A DNA stretch of 64,000 nt from Alphaproteobacteria bacterium (GCA_965248825.1 CBDFKL010000006.1:618667-682666); one strand, 5' to 3'; positions 1 through 10,707 are shown, counted from the first letter of the stretch. The notes: generated from the letters alone by a model not told the origin. Translations and numbers: made by a program.

Positions 1-1
1 T

Positions 2-232
2 CTGCTGCGCGCGCTCCAGGCCAGGCACCGATTGGCCTATCTCTTCATCAGCCACGATCTCAAGGTGATCCGTGCGCTCTGCCACGAGGTGATCGTGCTG
101 CGCGACGGCCAGGTGGTGGAACAGGGACCGACCGGGCAGATCTTCGAAGCCGCCCAGACCCCTTACACCCGCGCCCTGCTCGCGGCCGCGCTCGACCTCG
201 AAGCGACCGAGACCGGCGCGGTCAAGATGTGA
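2..232 (+). CDS. C-terminus of dual-ATPase oligopeptide/microcin C ABC transporter subunit (YejF-like), 5' partial
   Basis: LAYLFISHDLKVIRALCHEVIVLRDGQVVEQG...PYTRALL: H-loop plus oligo_HPY tail. Confidence 0.8.
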   Translation: MLRALQARHRLAYLFISHDLKVIRALCHEVIVLRDGQVVEQGPTGQIFEAAQTPYTRALLAAALDLEATETGAVKM

Positions 233-318
233 GTCGCGGCGGAGGCGCCATCGTCAACCGGAGGCGCCGTGTTCGCTCACCGGCCGACAAGCGGATGAGG
301 AAGATCATCCGCCCGGGA

Positions 319-690
319 TCATGCCATTTTCAAACCGGACTCCTCGAACCGGCGAAAGTCTGCCGCATTCGCGGTCGCGATGGACGCGCCGTCGGCGAGA
401 GCCGCCGCCGCGATCATGCAGTCCATCAATGATCCACGCCGCCGCCCCGACCGATTGAACAAATGCGCGGCGGTCTCCGCGTGAACCACCGTGAAGTCAC
501 CGCGCCGGCCAATGATCGCGGCGACCCATTCCATCTCGTGCCCGTCGAGTGGACCGCATAGAAACTCCGCCCAGGCGACCGTGCTCATGCCCAGGGCCTC
601 GCCCGCGCCGACCCAATCCCGCAGCATGCGTTCCTCGGCCGACCCGCGGCTCAGCGCCCGAATCAGAAAGCTCGTATCCAGATAGATCAT
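319..690 (-). CDS. vapC: PIN-domain VapC-type toxin
   Basis: MIYLDTSFLI start, later acidic motif DCMIAAAAL...ATANAADF; start overlaps antitoxin stop (TGATG). Confidence 0.85.
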   Translation of the reverse strand: MIYLDTSFLIRALSRGSAEERMLRDWVGAGEALGMSTVAWAEFLCGPLDGHEMEWVAAIIGRRGDFTVVHAETAAHLFNRSGRRRGSLMDCMIAAAALADGASIATANAADFRRFEESGLKMA

Positions 691-971
691 CAGCCCTCGG
701 ACTCCGTCGGCCGCGCGGCCGCGCGGCGCTCGACCTTCAGATCCCGCTCCCAGCGCGCGAGATCGACCCCGCGCTCGCGCAGTGAAGCCTGCAATCGGTC
801 GAGGGCGCCCAGCGCCGCACGGTCCTCCCGAAGCCCTTCCGTCGCCGCAATTCGAATGGCGCGCCGCAAGACCTCGGACTTCGACACGTTCCAGCGTCGC
901 GCCAACGCCTCCAACGCGCGCACGGAGTCGACGTCCAGCGAATAGGTCGATTTAATCGTTGTTACGGCCAT
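690..971 (-). CDS. Ribbon-helix-helix (CopG-like) antitoxin
   Basis: MAVTTIKSTYSLD...LARRWNVSKSEVLRRAI RHH pattern, directly upstream of the PIN gene; ATG at 971 preferred. Confidence 0.8.
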   Translation of the reverse strand: MAVTTIKSTYSLDVDSVRALEALARRWNVSKSEVLRRAIRIAATEGLREDRAALGALDRLQASLRERGVDLARWERDLKVERRAAARPTESEG

Positions 972-1006
972 AACATCAATGTACGGCCATACATAAAGCG
1001 CGTCAA
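963..1006 (-). promoter_or_regulatory. Sigma70-type promoter and probable autoregulatory operator of the TA pair
   Basis: Minus strand TTGACG-17 nt-TACATT-6 nt-ATG; 10-bp direct repeat TACGGCCATA at 963-972 and 982-991. Confidence 0.6.
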
Positions 1007-1046
1007 GCCGCCGCACCTCAGATGTCGTATCTCAAGCGGTGGCGAG

Positions 1047-2207
1047 TCAGCGCTCGGCGAAATAGCGCTCCAGGATGCCGAGATAGATGTCCGCCAAGCG
1101 TTCGAGCGCCTCGACCGGCACGCACTCGTCGATCTTGTGCATGGTTCGGCTGATCAGGCCGAACTCGGCGACCGGGCAGTGGTCCTTGATGAAGCGCGCG
1201 TCCGAGGTGCCGCCGGTGGTGCTGAGGGCGGGTCTTGCGCCGGTCGCGGCGGCGACGGCCTCGGCGATGATCGTGCTGAGCCGGCCCGGCGGGGTCACGA
1301 AGGCCTCACCGGTCAGCTCGGTGGTGAGCTCGTAGGGCGTGCCGACGCCGTCGAGGCATGCGCGGATCCCGCGTTCGAGGCTCGCGCCGGTGTGGCGGTC
1401 GTTGAAACGCAGGTTGAAGCGCGCCGTCGCCGCGCCGGGAATGACGTTGGTCGCGTCATTGCCCACATCGATCGTGGTGATCTCGAGATTGCTCGGCTGA
1501 AAATGCTCGGTCCCCTTGTCGAGCTTCATGCGGGTCAGGGCATGCAGCAGGGCGAGAAGGCGGGGCACCGGATTGTCGGCGAGCGCCGGATAGGCGACGT
1601 GGCCTTGCGTGCCGACGACCCGAAGCGTGCCGTTGAGGCTGCCGCGCCGGCCGATCTTCGCCATTTCGCCGAGCCTTTCGGGGTTGGTCGGCTCGCCGAC
1701 CAGACAGGCGTCGAGCGCCTCGCCGCGGTCCGCGAGCCAGGCGAGCACCTTGCGCGTGCCGTTGATCGCGGGCCCCTCCTCGTCGCCGGTGATGAGCAGG
1801 CTGATGGAGCCGCCCCCGGCCCCGCCGGCGGCATCGAAGCGCGCGGCCGCGGCGACGAACGCGGCGATCGCGCCCTTCATATCGCTCGCCCCCCGGCCGT
1901 AAAGAACGCCGTCCTCGACCGCGGCGGCGAAGGGGTCTCGGGTCCAGCGCGCGCGCTCTCCGACCGGCACCACGTCGGTATGGCCGGCAAAACAGAAATT
2001 GGGCGGGCCGGTCCCGCGCCGGGCGTAGAGATTGTCGACGGCCGCGGTTCCGGGCTCCTCGAAGGGCAGCCGATGGCAGGTGAAGCCGATCTCGGTGAGC
2101 GCCGCTTCGAGCACGCCGAGCGCGCCGCCGTCCTCAGGCGTGATGCTCGGGCAACGGATCAGCGCGCGGGCGAGCGCCAGCGGATGCTCCAATCCGGCCG
2201 CGCTCAA
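1047..2207 (-). CDS. dapE: Succinyl-diaminopimelate desuccinylase
   Basis: [43 protein letters not shown] motifs; probable TTG start overlapping dapD stop. Confidence 0.95.
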   Translation of the reverse strand: MSAAGLEHPLALARALIRCPSITPEDGGALGVLEAALTEIGFTCHRLPFEEPGTAAVDNLYARRGTGPPNFCFAGHTDVVPVGERARWTRDPFAAAVEDGVLYGRGASDMKGAIAAFVAAAARFDAAGGAGGGSISLLITGDEEGPAINGTRKVLAWLADRGEALDACLVGEPTNPERLGEMAKIGRRGSLNGTLRVVGTQGHVAYPALADNPVPRLLALLHALTRMKLDKGTEHFQPSNLEITTIDVGNDATNVIPGAATARFNLRFNDRHTGASLERGIRACLDGVGTPYELTTELTGEAFVTPPGRLSTIIAEAVAAATGARPALSTTGGTSDARFIKDHCPVAEFGLISRTMHKIDECVPVEALERLADIYLGILERYFAER

Positions 2208-3052
2208 TTCCGGAGCAGCTCGTTGATCGAGGTCTTGGCCCGGGTCCCGGCATCCACCCGCTTGACGATCACCGCGCAATAGAGGCCCGGGCCGGGCGCG
2301 CCGTCCGGCAGCTCTTTGCCCGGCAGCGAGCCCGGGACCACGACCGAATAGGACGGGATGCGTCCGCGATGGATGGCGCCGGTCCCGCGGTCGATGACCC
2401 GCGTCGAGGCGCCGACATAAACGCCCATCGCAAGCACCGAGCCCTGCTCGACGATGACCCCTTCCGCGACCTCGCTGCGCGCGCCGACGAAACAGTCGTC
2501 CTCGATGATCACCGGGCTCGCCTGCAGCGGCTCCAGCACGCCGCCGATGCCGGCGCCGCCGGAGATATGGCAATTCCTGCCGATCTGCGCGCAGCTCCCC
2601 ACCGTGGCCCAGCTGTCGATCATCGTACCGCCGTCGACATAGGCGCCGACATTCACGAAAGACGGCATCAGGACGACGTCCGGCGCGACATAGGCGGAGC
2701 GGCGCACGATGGCGCCGGGCACGGCGCGGAAGCCCGCTTCGCGAAAGCGTGCCTCGTCCCAGCCGGCGAATTTGGAGGGCACCTTGTCGTACCAGGACGT
2801 CGCGATGCCCGGCCCCCCCGGGATCATCGCCATGTCATTGAGACGGAACGAGAGCAGCACCGCCTTCTTGAGCCACTGATTGACGTGCCAGGCGCCGTCC
2901 CGCTTCTCCGCGACGCGCGCGGCGCCGGAATCGAGCAGCGCGAGCGCCGCCTCGACCGCGTCACCAGCGGCGCCGCCGCTCGCCGGCGTCAGGCTATCGC
3001 GACGCTCCCACGCGGCGTCCACGGCATGTTCGAGTTCCTGTGTGGTCACCAA
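2204..3052 (-). CDS. dapD: 2,3,4,5-tetrahydropyridine-2,6-dicarboxylate N-succinyltransferase
   Basis: [23 protein letters not shown], hexapeptide repeats, KTSINELLR end. Confidence 0.97.
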   Translation of the reverse strand: MVTTQELEHAVDAAWERRDSLTPASGGAAGDAVEAALALLDSGAARVAEKRDGAWHVNQWLKKAVLLSFRLNDMAMIPGGPGIATSWYDKVPSKFAGWDEARFREAGFRAVPGAIVRRSAYVAPDVVLMPSFVNVGAYVDGGTMIDSWATVGSCAQIGRNCHISGGAGIGGVLEPLQASPVIIEDDCFVGARSEVAEGVIVEQGSVLAMGVYVGASTRVIDRGTGAIHRGRIPSYSVVVPGSLPGKELPDGAPGPGLYCAVIVKRVDAGTRAKTSINELLRN

Positions 3053-3089
3053 CGTCTCCCTGGCTCCATCGCGCGCCCTAACCTAGCTG

Positions 3090-3788
3090 TCAACGCGGCG
3101 CCGCGGTGGCCAGCATCGCGTCCAGCCAAACCGGGAGATCGTCGGTTACATAGTCCGGCGTGATCCGCTCGTCGCCGGAAAACGACCAGGCGCCGTCATT
3201 GCGGATCCAGACGGTGGCCATGCCGAGCGCCGCGGCCGGCTCCAGATTGCGCAGGATGTCCTCGAACAGGATGGCGCGCGTCGGGTCGACGGCGTACTGG
3301 AGCGTCAGGCGCTCATAGGCACCCGGAAAGGGCTTGGGGATCCAGTCGGCCGCCGCGATGTCGTAGATCGCGCTGAAGTGATGGTCGATGCCGAGCCGCG
3401 CCATGACCCGCTCGGCATAAGGGACGTCGGCGTTGGTGAAGACCAGCTTGCGTCCGGGCAGGCGGGCGAGCGCCGCCTCCAGTGTTTTGCTCGGCGAGAG
3501 CGGCGAGAGATCGATATCGTGAACGAATTCGAGGAACGGACCCGGTTCCATGCCGTGCTTCAGCATGAGTCCGCGAAGCGTCGTGCCGTATTCCCGGAAG
3601 TAGCTCTTCTGCAGCCGCTGGGCTTCCGTCCGGTCGACGTCAAAGTAAGTCGCAATATAGGCGCCGATCCGCTGGCTGACCTGCTCGAAGAGGCGCGAGC
3701 TCGACGGGTAGAGGGTATTGTCGAGATCGAATATCCAGGTCTCGATATGGGCAAGGTCGACGCCGTTGGGCGCTGCGGCCGGGCTCAT
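3090..3788 (-). CDS. HAD-superfamily pyrimidine 5'-nucleotidase
   Basis: WIFDLDNTLYP, YGTTLRGLM, FTNAD, PKP, FEDILRNL; usual neighbour of dapD in Alphaproteobacteria. Confidence 0.9.
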   Translation of the reverse strand: MSPAAAPNGVDLAHIETWIFDLDNTLYPSSSRLFEQVSQRIGAYIATYFDVDRTEAQRLQKSYFREYGTTLRGLMLKHGMEPGPFLEFVHDIDLSPLSPSKTLEAALARLPGRKLVFTNADVPYAERVMARLGIDHHFSAIYDIAAADWIPKPFPGAYERLTLQYAVDPTRAILFEDILRNLEPAAALGMATVWIRNDGAWSFSGDERITPDYVTDDLPVWLDAMLATAAPR

Positions 3789-3792
3789 GGCA

Positions 3793-4311
3793 TCAATTGC
3801 ATTGCCCGTTGGAGCCCTCGGAGCACACCTTCTCGCCGTCGGTCCAGCGCGCGCCGCTAAGGTCCGCCTTGAGGAAATCGGTGCCGTCGAGCCGGGCGCC
3901 GGTGAAGTCGGCACGACGCAGATCCGCGCGGAAAAATCGGGCGCGCCGAAGATCCGCGTCTCGGAACGACGCCCCCGTCAAATCCGATTTGGTGAAGTCG
4001 ATGCCGATCAAGCGGGCGCCTGTCCAGAGCGTCTCGACGAGAACCGCGCCGGCGAACTTGGCGCGCCTGCCGTCGACCTTGGTGAAATTAGTCCGCGTGA
4101 GATCCGAGCGCGCGAGGAACGCATCGCGCAGCGACGCGCCGGTCAAGTCGACCTCGACGAATGTCCGATTGTCGAGAGAGCAGCGCCGCCAATCCACGCC
4201 CGGGTTCGGCGTGTCGGTGCATGCGGCATAGGCTGCCGGCGCTACGAGCGCCAGGACAAGCCCGATCAGCCCCGCCGTCACAGCGCTCTTTTGTCTTTGT
4301 CTCCCAGGCAC
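3793..4311 (-). CDS. Secreted pentapeptide-repeat protein
   Basis: Signal-like N-terminus (…APAAYA), A(D/N)LXX repeats, Cys pairs at both ends. Confidence 0.85.
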   Translation of the reverse strand: MPGRQRQKSAVTAGLIGLVLALVAPAAYAACTDTPNPGVDWRRCSLDNRTFVEVDLTGASLRDAFLARSDLTRTNFTKVDGRRAKFAGAVLVETLWTGARLIGIDFTKSDLTGASFRDADLRRARFFRADLRRADFTGARLDGTDFLKADLSGARWTDGEKVCSEGSNGQCN

Positions 4312-4362
4312 CGCCTACATGTAGCCCGATGCACCGCCTTACACCAAGGCGAAAATCACCGA

Positions 4363-4851
4363 TCAACGCACAGGCGGATCGAGGCCGAAGCCTCGTTCGA
4401 GCGCGAGCGGCCGTGGCAGCGAGCCGTGCACCTCCATCACGGCGGCAATCCGGCGCACCACATCCTCCGGAAACGGTGCAGACCGCCGGGTTTCGAGGTC
4501 GACATGGATGCCGACCCATTCGGAGCAGGCCGCCGTCCATCCCTCGCTCCCGTGCTCCAGCAGATGAGCCATCTGAAAGCGTTTGTCGTCATAGCCGATG
4601 AGCTGGGTCTTGACCCGCACCTCGCTGCCGAGCGTCAACTCGCGCCGGTAGACGGTGCGCATGTCGAGCGCAAAAATCGACTTGTTGTGCCGGCGGACGT
4701 AGTCCTGACCGACGCCGACGAACGAGAAGAACGCGTCGGTCGCGTGATCGGCAACAACGATATAGGAGGCCACGTTCATGTGGCCGTTGTAGTCGATCCA
4801 CTCGGGCCGAACGATCTCGCGATGGAGGCAGAGAGGCGCCTCGATCGTCAT
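4363..4851 (-). CDS. Hotdog-fold thioesterase (4HBT-like)
   Basis: VRPEWIDYNGHMNVASY motif. Confidence 0.85.
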   Translation of the reverse strand: MTIEAPLCLHREIVRPEWIDYNGHMNVASYIVVADHATDAFFSFVGVGQDYVRRHNKSIFALDMRTVYRRELTLGSEVRVKTQLIGYDDKRFQMAHLLEHGSEGWTAACSEWVGIHVDLETRRSAPFPEDVVRRIAAVMEVHGSLPRPLALERGFGLDPPVR

Positions 4852-4874
4852 GTCCGCTGGGTCTTTGGAACCGC

Positions 4875-5099
4875 TCAGTCGGTATCCGGGCGTCGCCCGC
4901 CGCGCCCGCGGGGCTCGTCCGATTCGCGCTCGATGCGCTTGCGATCCAGCTCGGTGTCGGTCTGCACCGCCTCGTTCTGCGTCACCCTTCGGTCCGCCTT
5001 CCCGCGCCCCGCCCGCGCCCGGTTTTCGGCGCTCTGCCGTGCTTTCAACGCGCGTTCACGCTTCTTGCGGAATTGATTGAGATTGACGACATCGCCCAT
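4875..5099 (-). CDS. DUF4169-family small basic protein
   Basis: MGDVVNLNQFRKKRER...AENRARAGR pattern. Confidence 0.75.
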   Translation of the reverse strand: MGDVVNLNQFRKKRERALKARQSAENRARAGRGKADRRVTQNEAVQTDTELDRKRIERESDEPRGRGGRRPDTD

Positions 5100-5284
5100 G
5101 ACCAAAGGCCTTCCGGTTTGTCGACAAACATGATTTAAGGTGAGCAGGGCCTCCCCACCCAATCCAACCCGACCGATTGACGAGCAAGCCTAGCCGAAAT
5201 GAATCGGGCTGTTAACCGGAGTCGTTCGGGCCGTCGCCGTTCGAGCGCCATACGGGGCCGCTCGGCTCCGAGGCATGGCAAGCC

Positions 5285-8200
5285 GTGAAATTCGTCTACG
5301 GCATCCTTGCCTTTCTGGTGCTCCTTGCCCTCGCCATTTTTCTGGTGCCGTTGCTTCTCGACTGGGAACGCTTCAAGCCCGAGATCAGCGAGTACATAGA
5401 AGCCAGCACCGGCCGCGAGCTTTGGATCGACGGCGAGATCGCGGTCTCCATCCTGCCCTCGCCGACGATAACCATCACCGATCTGCGTCTCGCCAATCTT
5501 CCGGGCGCGAGCGTTCCCGACCTTGCGCGGATCAAGTCGATTGATCTCGCCCTGGCGTTGGGCCCGCTGTTCAGCGGCACGTTCGCCATCACCGGCCTCG
5601 AGATGGTCGAGCCGGTCGTCGAGCTGGAACGACTCGCCGACGGCAGCCCCAATTGGACCTTCGAGAGCGCGACCGGCAGCACATTGGAAGAAATCGCCGC
5701 GAGCGAGCCGAGCGCGACCGACAGCCAGTCGGTCAGGATCGATTCGATCACCGTCCGGAACGGCACGGTTGTCTACCGGAATGCGGAGGGTCGGCCGCCC
5801 GAGCGGATCGAGCGGATCGAGGCGAATTTCTCCGCACGCTCTCTTGACGGGCCGTTCCGCGGCGAGGGCACGTTCTCGATACGCGAATCGATGGTCGGGT
5901 TTCGGCTCGCGACGGGCGCGATCGAAGAGACCCGCGACATGCCGGCAACGATCGAGGCGGCGTTCAATGGCGGGCTCGGCACCCTGATTCTCGAAGGAAC
6001 CATGCGGGACGTCGATACCTCGCCTTCCTTCGACGGCACCATGCGCGCGACGGCGCCCGACTTCGGCGCTTTCTTGAGCGCCTTCGCGATCGATCCCGAG
6101 TCGGTGTCATCGGCGGCGCTGTTGAGCGACACCTTCTCGGCAAAGGGCGCGTTTAGTGCGAGCGCCGAGGCGCTTGCGGCACGCGAGTTCCAGCTTCGGC
6201 TGGGCGAAAGCCAAGCGACCGGTGCGCTCTCCTGGCGGGGCGGTGACGATCCGTTTTTCGACGCCCAGATAGCGCTCAATCGGATCGACCTCGACAAGAT
6301 CATACCGGCCGGCGCGGGTGCCGATCCGCCGCCCGCGGGGGCTCGCGCGGATTCCGGCGAGACAACGACCGGCGGAGCGGACCCGGCCGCCTTGTTCGAA
6401 AGCATCCCCAAGGACATCGCGGCCGCGGTCAACCTCACGATCGGCACCGTCACCTATCGTGAGGGCGTGATCCGCCAGGCACGGGCAAGCCTCGCCCTCG
6501 ACGAGGGTGTGGTCACGATCCAACAAGCCTCCGCGTTGCTGCCCGGAGGCGCCGACGTCACGCTCTTCGGCCAGTTGACGATGGACGACGACGGGCCCTG
6601 GTTCGAAGGCAAGGTCGACATCGCAGCCGACGACTTGCGCGCCGTCCTGGCCTGGCTTGGCTTGGACCTCGACGCCGTCCCGGCGGACCGGCTTCGCCGT
6701 CTCGCCGCGAGCCTGGATCTCTCCGCCGGCGTCGATCGAATCGCGGCTTCGAAGATGGACATCCGGGTCGATGCCACGCGGGTCGCCGGCGATGCGGCCG
6801 TCGAGATCGGCGAGCGGCTGCGCGTGTTCGGGGCGCTGGCGGTTGACGGCATCAACGCGGACGCTTACCTGCCGGCCGGTCCCGGCACTATGGCCGCACC
6901 GGCAGCCGACACCGATGACCGGGATGCGGCGCCCATCGACGAGCCGCAGGCCGGATCGATGACCGCGGGCGGCGGCCGGTGGCCGGTGCCGGATGGGATC
7001 GATGCCGATCTCAAGCTGGCGGTCGGCGCCCTGACCTATGGCGGCGTACGCCTGCTCGGGCTGGAGCTCGACGCCCTTCTCGACAAGGGCGATGTGACGG
7101 TGCGCCGCGCGTCGGTGATGGACGCAGCAGGCGCAAGAGTGTCGCTGAACGGCAGCGCCCGCAGGCACGGAACCGAGACGGCAATCGACCTCGCCGTCGA
7201 AGGAAAGGCACGCTCGCTCTCCGGTCTCGTCGCGCTTCTCGATATCGACCCGGGGTTTCGCTCCGAGACATTTGGCGAGATCACGTTGCAAGGCGCGCTC
7301 ACGGGGGATCAAGAAGCCCTCACCGTCGATCTCGCCCTCGCCGCTCGCGCCGCCGAGCTGTCGCTCACAGGCGCGATCGAGACGCCGCTCGACCGGCCTT
7401 CCGCGAATCTCGCCGTCAGCCTTCGCGCATCCGATGCGGCGGAACTCGCTCGGATCATCGGGCTCACGCCGACCGCCACGATCGAGCGACTCGGCGCGCT
7501 GGCGATCGACGGCGGAATCGAGGGCAGCACCGCGTCCGTCGCCATCAGGCTCGGCGCCGAAGCCGCCGACGCAACGCTGCAAATCGTCGGAAACGTAAAA
7601 GATCCTCTTGCCTCCCCGAGCTACCGTGTGACCATCGACTTCCGCCATCCGCGCGCCTCGGCCTTCGTTGAAACCATGACTGGCGAGCAGGCCGCGGCAT
7701 CCTTGTTCGGCGGCCTGCACCTCGCCGGGACGGTCTCCGGAAATCGAGCGGCGGCCGATATCTCCAACCTCAAGGCCGAGCTCGGTGGCAACCGGATAGA
7801 CGGTGGGATCTTCCTCCACCTGGGTCGGAAGCCGCTGTCGATCAGCGCCGACCTCCGCGCGGACGAGCTCGACCTCGCGCTGCTCGGAGGCGGCATCACG
7901 AGGAGCAGCGAGGCGGGCGGCATGGCGGCCACCGACGGCTCCGCGCCGCGCGCCGGTGAATGGTCGGATGAGCCCATCGAGCTGGGATTTCTCGATCACG
8001 TCAATGGGGCGCTGACGCTCGACGCCGGCGCGCTCATTCTGGGGTCCTATCGTATCGAGCAGGCCATGCTCGAGCTCTCCGCAGCCGAGGGCGCGCTCGC
8101 ACTCCGCTCGCTTCGCGGGCAGCTCTTCGGCGGCGCGTTGGAGGCCGAGGGCAGCCTCGCCGGCGGATCGGAGCCGGCCGGCAGCGTGCGGTTTTCTCTA

Positions 8201-8983
8201 TCCGACCTCGATATCGGAGCCGCCTTGCACCACGCCGCGGGCGTCGATGCGGTGACCGGAAGCGCCGCGATCGACGGGCGTCTCACCACAAGCGGGGGCA
8301 CGGCGCTCGCCATGATCGAGGGGCTGGCCGGCGATGTGACCATCGGCTCACGCGGGGGCGCGGTGGAAGGCGTGAACCTCCCGGCCATCAACCGCCGGCT
8401 CGGCGACCTCGACGGGATCGCGAGCTTTGTAGCCTTGGCGGAAGCCGGTCTCTCGAGCGGTCGAACCGCAATCCGCTCTCTCGACGGGACGATCCGAGTG
8501 CAGGACGGCCTGGCGCGCATCGATGATTTCAAGATCGTCGCCGACAGCGGCTCAGGCGATATAAGCGGCATCGCCGACCTCGCCACCTGGTTGATCGATC
8601 TTACGGCGCTGTTCCGGCTCGTGGAGTACCCGGAGGCACCGCCGATCGGCGTGACGCTCGTGGGTTCGATCGACCAACCCGAGCGCCACTATCTGATCGA
8701 GGAGATGCAGACCTATCTCGTCGACGGCGATTTCCTGGCCACCGCACGACAAGGCGACCCGCCCAGGATCACGGATCGAGAGGGTGCGAAAACGGAGCCT
8801 GGGGCCACCGCGGACGCACCGCTGCGCGAGGAATTGCTCGACAGTCCGGATGAGGTCGAGAGTCGCGCCGAGCCGCCCCCCGCCGACGCGTCCGCGCCTC
8901 AACCTGGCCCGCTGCCCGAGCGCGACCGGGGCGACGAGCTCCAGGATTTCGTCGATGACCTGCTGCGCAAGCTCGACGACTAG
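5285..8983 (+). CDS. AsmA-family protein
   Basis: N-terminal TM then DWERFKPEI...TGREL-IDGEI, long beta-rich body, AsmA_2-like C-terminus. Confidence 0.9.
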   Translation: MKFVYGILAFLVLLALAIFLVPLLLDWERFKPEISEYIEASTGRELWIDGEIAVSILPSPTITITDLRLANLPGASVPDLARIKSIDLALALGPLFSGTFAITGLEMVEPVVELERLADGSPNWTFESATGSTLEEIAASEPSATDSQSVRIDSITVRNGTVVYRNAEGRPPERIERIEANFSARSLDGPFRGEGTFSIRESMVGFRLATGAIEETRDMPATIEAAFNGGLGTLILEGTMRDVDTSPSFDGTMRATAPDFGAFLSAFAIDPESVSSAALLSDTFSAKGAFSASAEALAAREFQLRLGESQATGALSWRGGDDPFFDAQIALNRIDLDKIIPAGAGADPPPAGARADSGETTTGGADPAALFESIPKDIAAAVNLTIGTVTYREGVIRQARASLALDEGVVTIQQASALLPGGADVTLFGQLTMDDDGPWFEGKVDIAADDLRAVLAWLGLDLDAVPADRLRRLAASLDLSAGVDRIAASKMDIRVDATRVAGDAAVEIGERLRVFGALAVDGINADAYLPAGPGTMAAPAADTDDRDAAPIDEPQAGSMTAGGGRWPVPDGIDADLKLAVGALTYGGVRLLGLELDALLDKGDVTVRRASVMDAAGARVSLNGSARRHGTETAIDLAVEGKARSLSGLVALLDIDPGFRSETFGEITLQGALTGDQEALTVDLALAARAAELSLTGAIETPLDRPSANLAVSLRASDAAELARIIGLTPTATIERLGALAIDGGIEGSTASVAIRLGAEAADATLQIVGNVKDPLASPSYRVTIDFRHPRASAFVETMTGEQAAASLFGGLHLAGTVSGNRAAADISNLKAELGGNRIDGGIFLHLGRKPLSISADLRADELDLALLGGGITRSSEAGGMAATDGSAPRAGEWSDEPIELGFLDHVNGALTLDAGALILGSYRIEQAMLELSAAEGALALRSLRGQLFGGALEAEGSLAGGSEPAGSVRFSLSDLDIGAALHHAAGVDAVTGSAAIDGRLTTSGGTALAMIEGLAGDVTIGSRGGAVEGVNLPAINRRLGDLDGIASFVALAEAGLSSGRTAIRSLDGTIRVQDGLARIDDFKIVADSGSGDISGIADLATWLIDLTALFRLVEYPEAPPIGVTLVGSIDQPERHYLIEEMQTYLVDGDFLATARQGDPPRITDREGAKTEPGATADAPLREELLDSPDEVESRAEPPPADASAPQPGPLPERDRGDELQDFVDDLLRKLDD

Positions 8984-9102
8984 ACGGTGACGGGACGGGC
9001 CTACCCGGCCCGCCCCGTGAGCAATGACGATCCCGCACCGGAAGGAAGAGGTCCCGAGAGGAAGGCACGGCGCGCCGGCGCGGAGCGCCGAGCCCCGCCC
9101 AC

Positions 9103-10587
9103 TCAGGAGGTCGCGAAGGGAAGGGCGACGAAGCGCTCGCGCCCGTCGCGGTTCATCAGGAACAGAGCGGCCTTTCGGTCGCCGTCCCGCGCGGCATCGA
9201 GGCGCTCGTTAACCTCCGCGATGGAAGCCACGGGCTGGTTGCCGACGGCGACGATCACGTCACCGGGGCGGACGCCCTTGCGCGCGGCGACGCCTCCGGG
9301 TGCCACCTCGGCAACGACCACGCCGCCTCGTTCACCGTCGGTGCCGAGGCCCTCACGCATCGCCGGGTCGATGTTTTCGAGGCGAAAGCCGAAGGCATCG
9401 AGCCGGGCCGGCTCATCCGAGTCGGCCTCGACCGGCGCCGCCCCGTGGGCAATCGCCGCCGTCAGCTCGATCGATTGGCCGTCGCGCCAGACCGTGAGCA
9501 CGGCGGATTGTCCGGCGTCTATGGCGGCTATTCTGCGTGACAGGGCCCGCACATCGTCGATTTTCTCCCGGTCCACCGCGGTGATGATGTCGCCCGGTTC
9601 GATGCCGGCCGCGGCGGCTGGGCTGGCCGGCTGCACGCCCGCGACAATCGCGCCTTCCGCCGCGGCGAGGCCGAGGCTGTCGGCGATGTCCACGGTGACG
9701 GGCTGGATCTGGACGCCGAGCCAGCCGCGCATGACCCGGCCGTGCATCTTGAGGTCGTCGATGACGCTCTGCGCCGTGGCGGCCGGGACCGCGAAGCCGA
9801 CCCCGACATTGCCGCCGGAGGGCGAGACGATCGCCGTGTTGACGCCGATGACCTCGCCCCTCAGGTTGAAGCTGGGGCCGCCCGAGTTGCCGCGATTGAT
9901 CGGTGCGTCGATCTGCAGATAGTCGCCATAGGGGCTCGACCCGATCCCTCGACCGCGCGCCGAGACGATGCCGAATGTCGCGCTCTTACCGAGCCCGAAG
10001 GGATTGCCGACGGCGACCACCCAATCACCCACGCGATAGCTGTCCTCGGCTGCGAAGCGCACGGTGGGCAGCGGCTCGTCGACCTCAATCTTGAGCAAAG
10101 CGAGATCGGTCTTCCGGTCGCGTCCGACGATATCGGCATCGATCCGATCGCCATTGTCGAGCACCACCGTGACGGTCTCAGCGCCCGCGATCACGTGATT
10201 GTTGGTCACGACATAGCCATCGGCGTCGACGATGAACCCGGAGCCGATGCCCTGGCGCGGCGGCATCATGCCGTGCTGCCCGTAGCCGGGCTCGCCGAAG
10301 AAACGCTCGAAATGCTCAGGCATGCGGGCGCCCGGCCAGCGATCGGCGGTAGGCATGGGCCGGGCCTTGTGGGCAACCTCGATCGAAACGACCGCAGGGC
10401 TCACCGCTTCGACCACGGTCGCGAAGCTCAGCTCCGACAAGCTCTGATCGACCAATGGCGGTGGCGTGATCGCCGTGCTCGCTTTGAGCGAACCGGACAA
10501 GCCGCCGCCGGCCGCCGCAATCATGCCGAGACCCGCGAGGGTCCCCACAATGATCATCCTTTTGCGTGTCAACGAAAGCGCGCTCAT
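9103..10587 (-). CDS. DegP/DegQ (HtrA, Do-family) serine endoprotease with two PDZ domains
   Basis: GSGFIV, TNNHV, DLALLKI, INRGNSGGP catalytic motifs, RGWLGV PDZ start. Confidence 0.95.
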   Translation of the reverse strand: MSALSLTRKRMIIVGTLAGLGMIAAAGGGLSGSLKASTAITPPPLVDQSLSELSFATVVEAVSPAVVSIEVAHKARPMPTADRWPGARMPEHFERFFGEPGYGQHGMMPPRQGIGSGFIVDADGYVVTNNHVIAGAETVTVVLDNGDRIDADIVGRDRKTDLALLKIEVDEPLPTVRFAAEDSYRVGDWVVAVGNPFGLGKSATFGIVSARGRGIGSSPYGDYLQIDAPINRGNSGGPSFNLRGEVIGVNTAIVSPSGGNVGVGFAVPAATAQSVIDDLKMHGRVMRGWLGVQIQPVTVDIADSLGLAAAEGAIVAGVQPASPAAAAGIEPGDIITAVDREKIDDVRALSRRIAAIDAGQSAVLTVWRDGQSIELTAAIAHGAAPVEADSDEPARLDAFGFRLENIDPAMREGLGTDGERGGVVVAEVAPGGVAARKGVRPGDVIVAVGNQPVASIAEVNERLDAARDGDRKAALFLMNRDGRERFVALPFATS

Positions 10588-10707
10588 CGTCCCCTCACTC
10601 GCTGTTTCCCTGTCGCGTCGCGGCCGATGGGCGGCCACGACAGCTATATGACATCGCAAGCTGTCAGCAGTGTGGACAGGGCATTAAGTCTTGGTAATGG
10701 GCACCGC

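Noticed and set aside
1047-2573. Apparent N-terminal extensions or fusions in the ORF track (DapE 508 aa; likewise UreD 485 aa, DgcN 679 aa, LDT 598 aa, Rid 231 aa)
   Set aside because: The extensions are Arg/Pro-rich off-frame translations overlapping neighbouring genes. The 1038-aa fusion differs: each part is a recognisable domain and overlaps no other gene.
3793-4311. Pentapeptide protein as a Qnr/MfpA gyrase protector
   Set aside because: It has a signal peptide and terminal Cys pairs, so it is probably exported and unable to reach gyrase.
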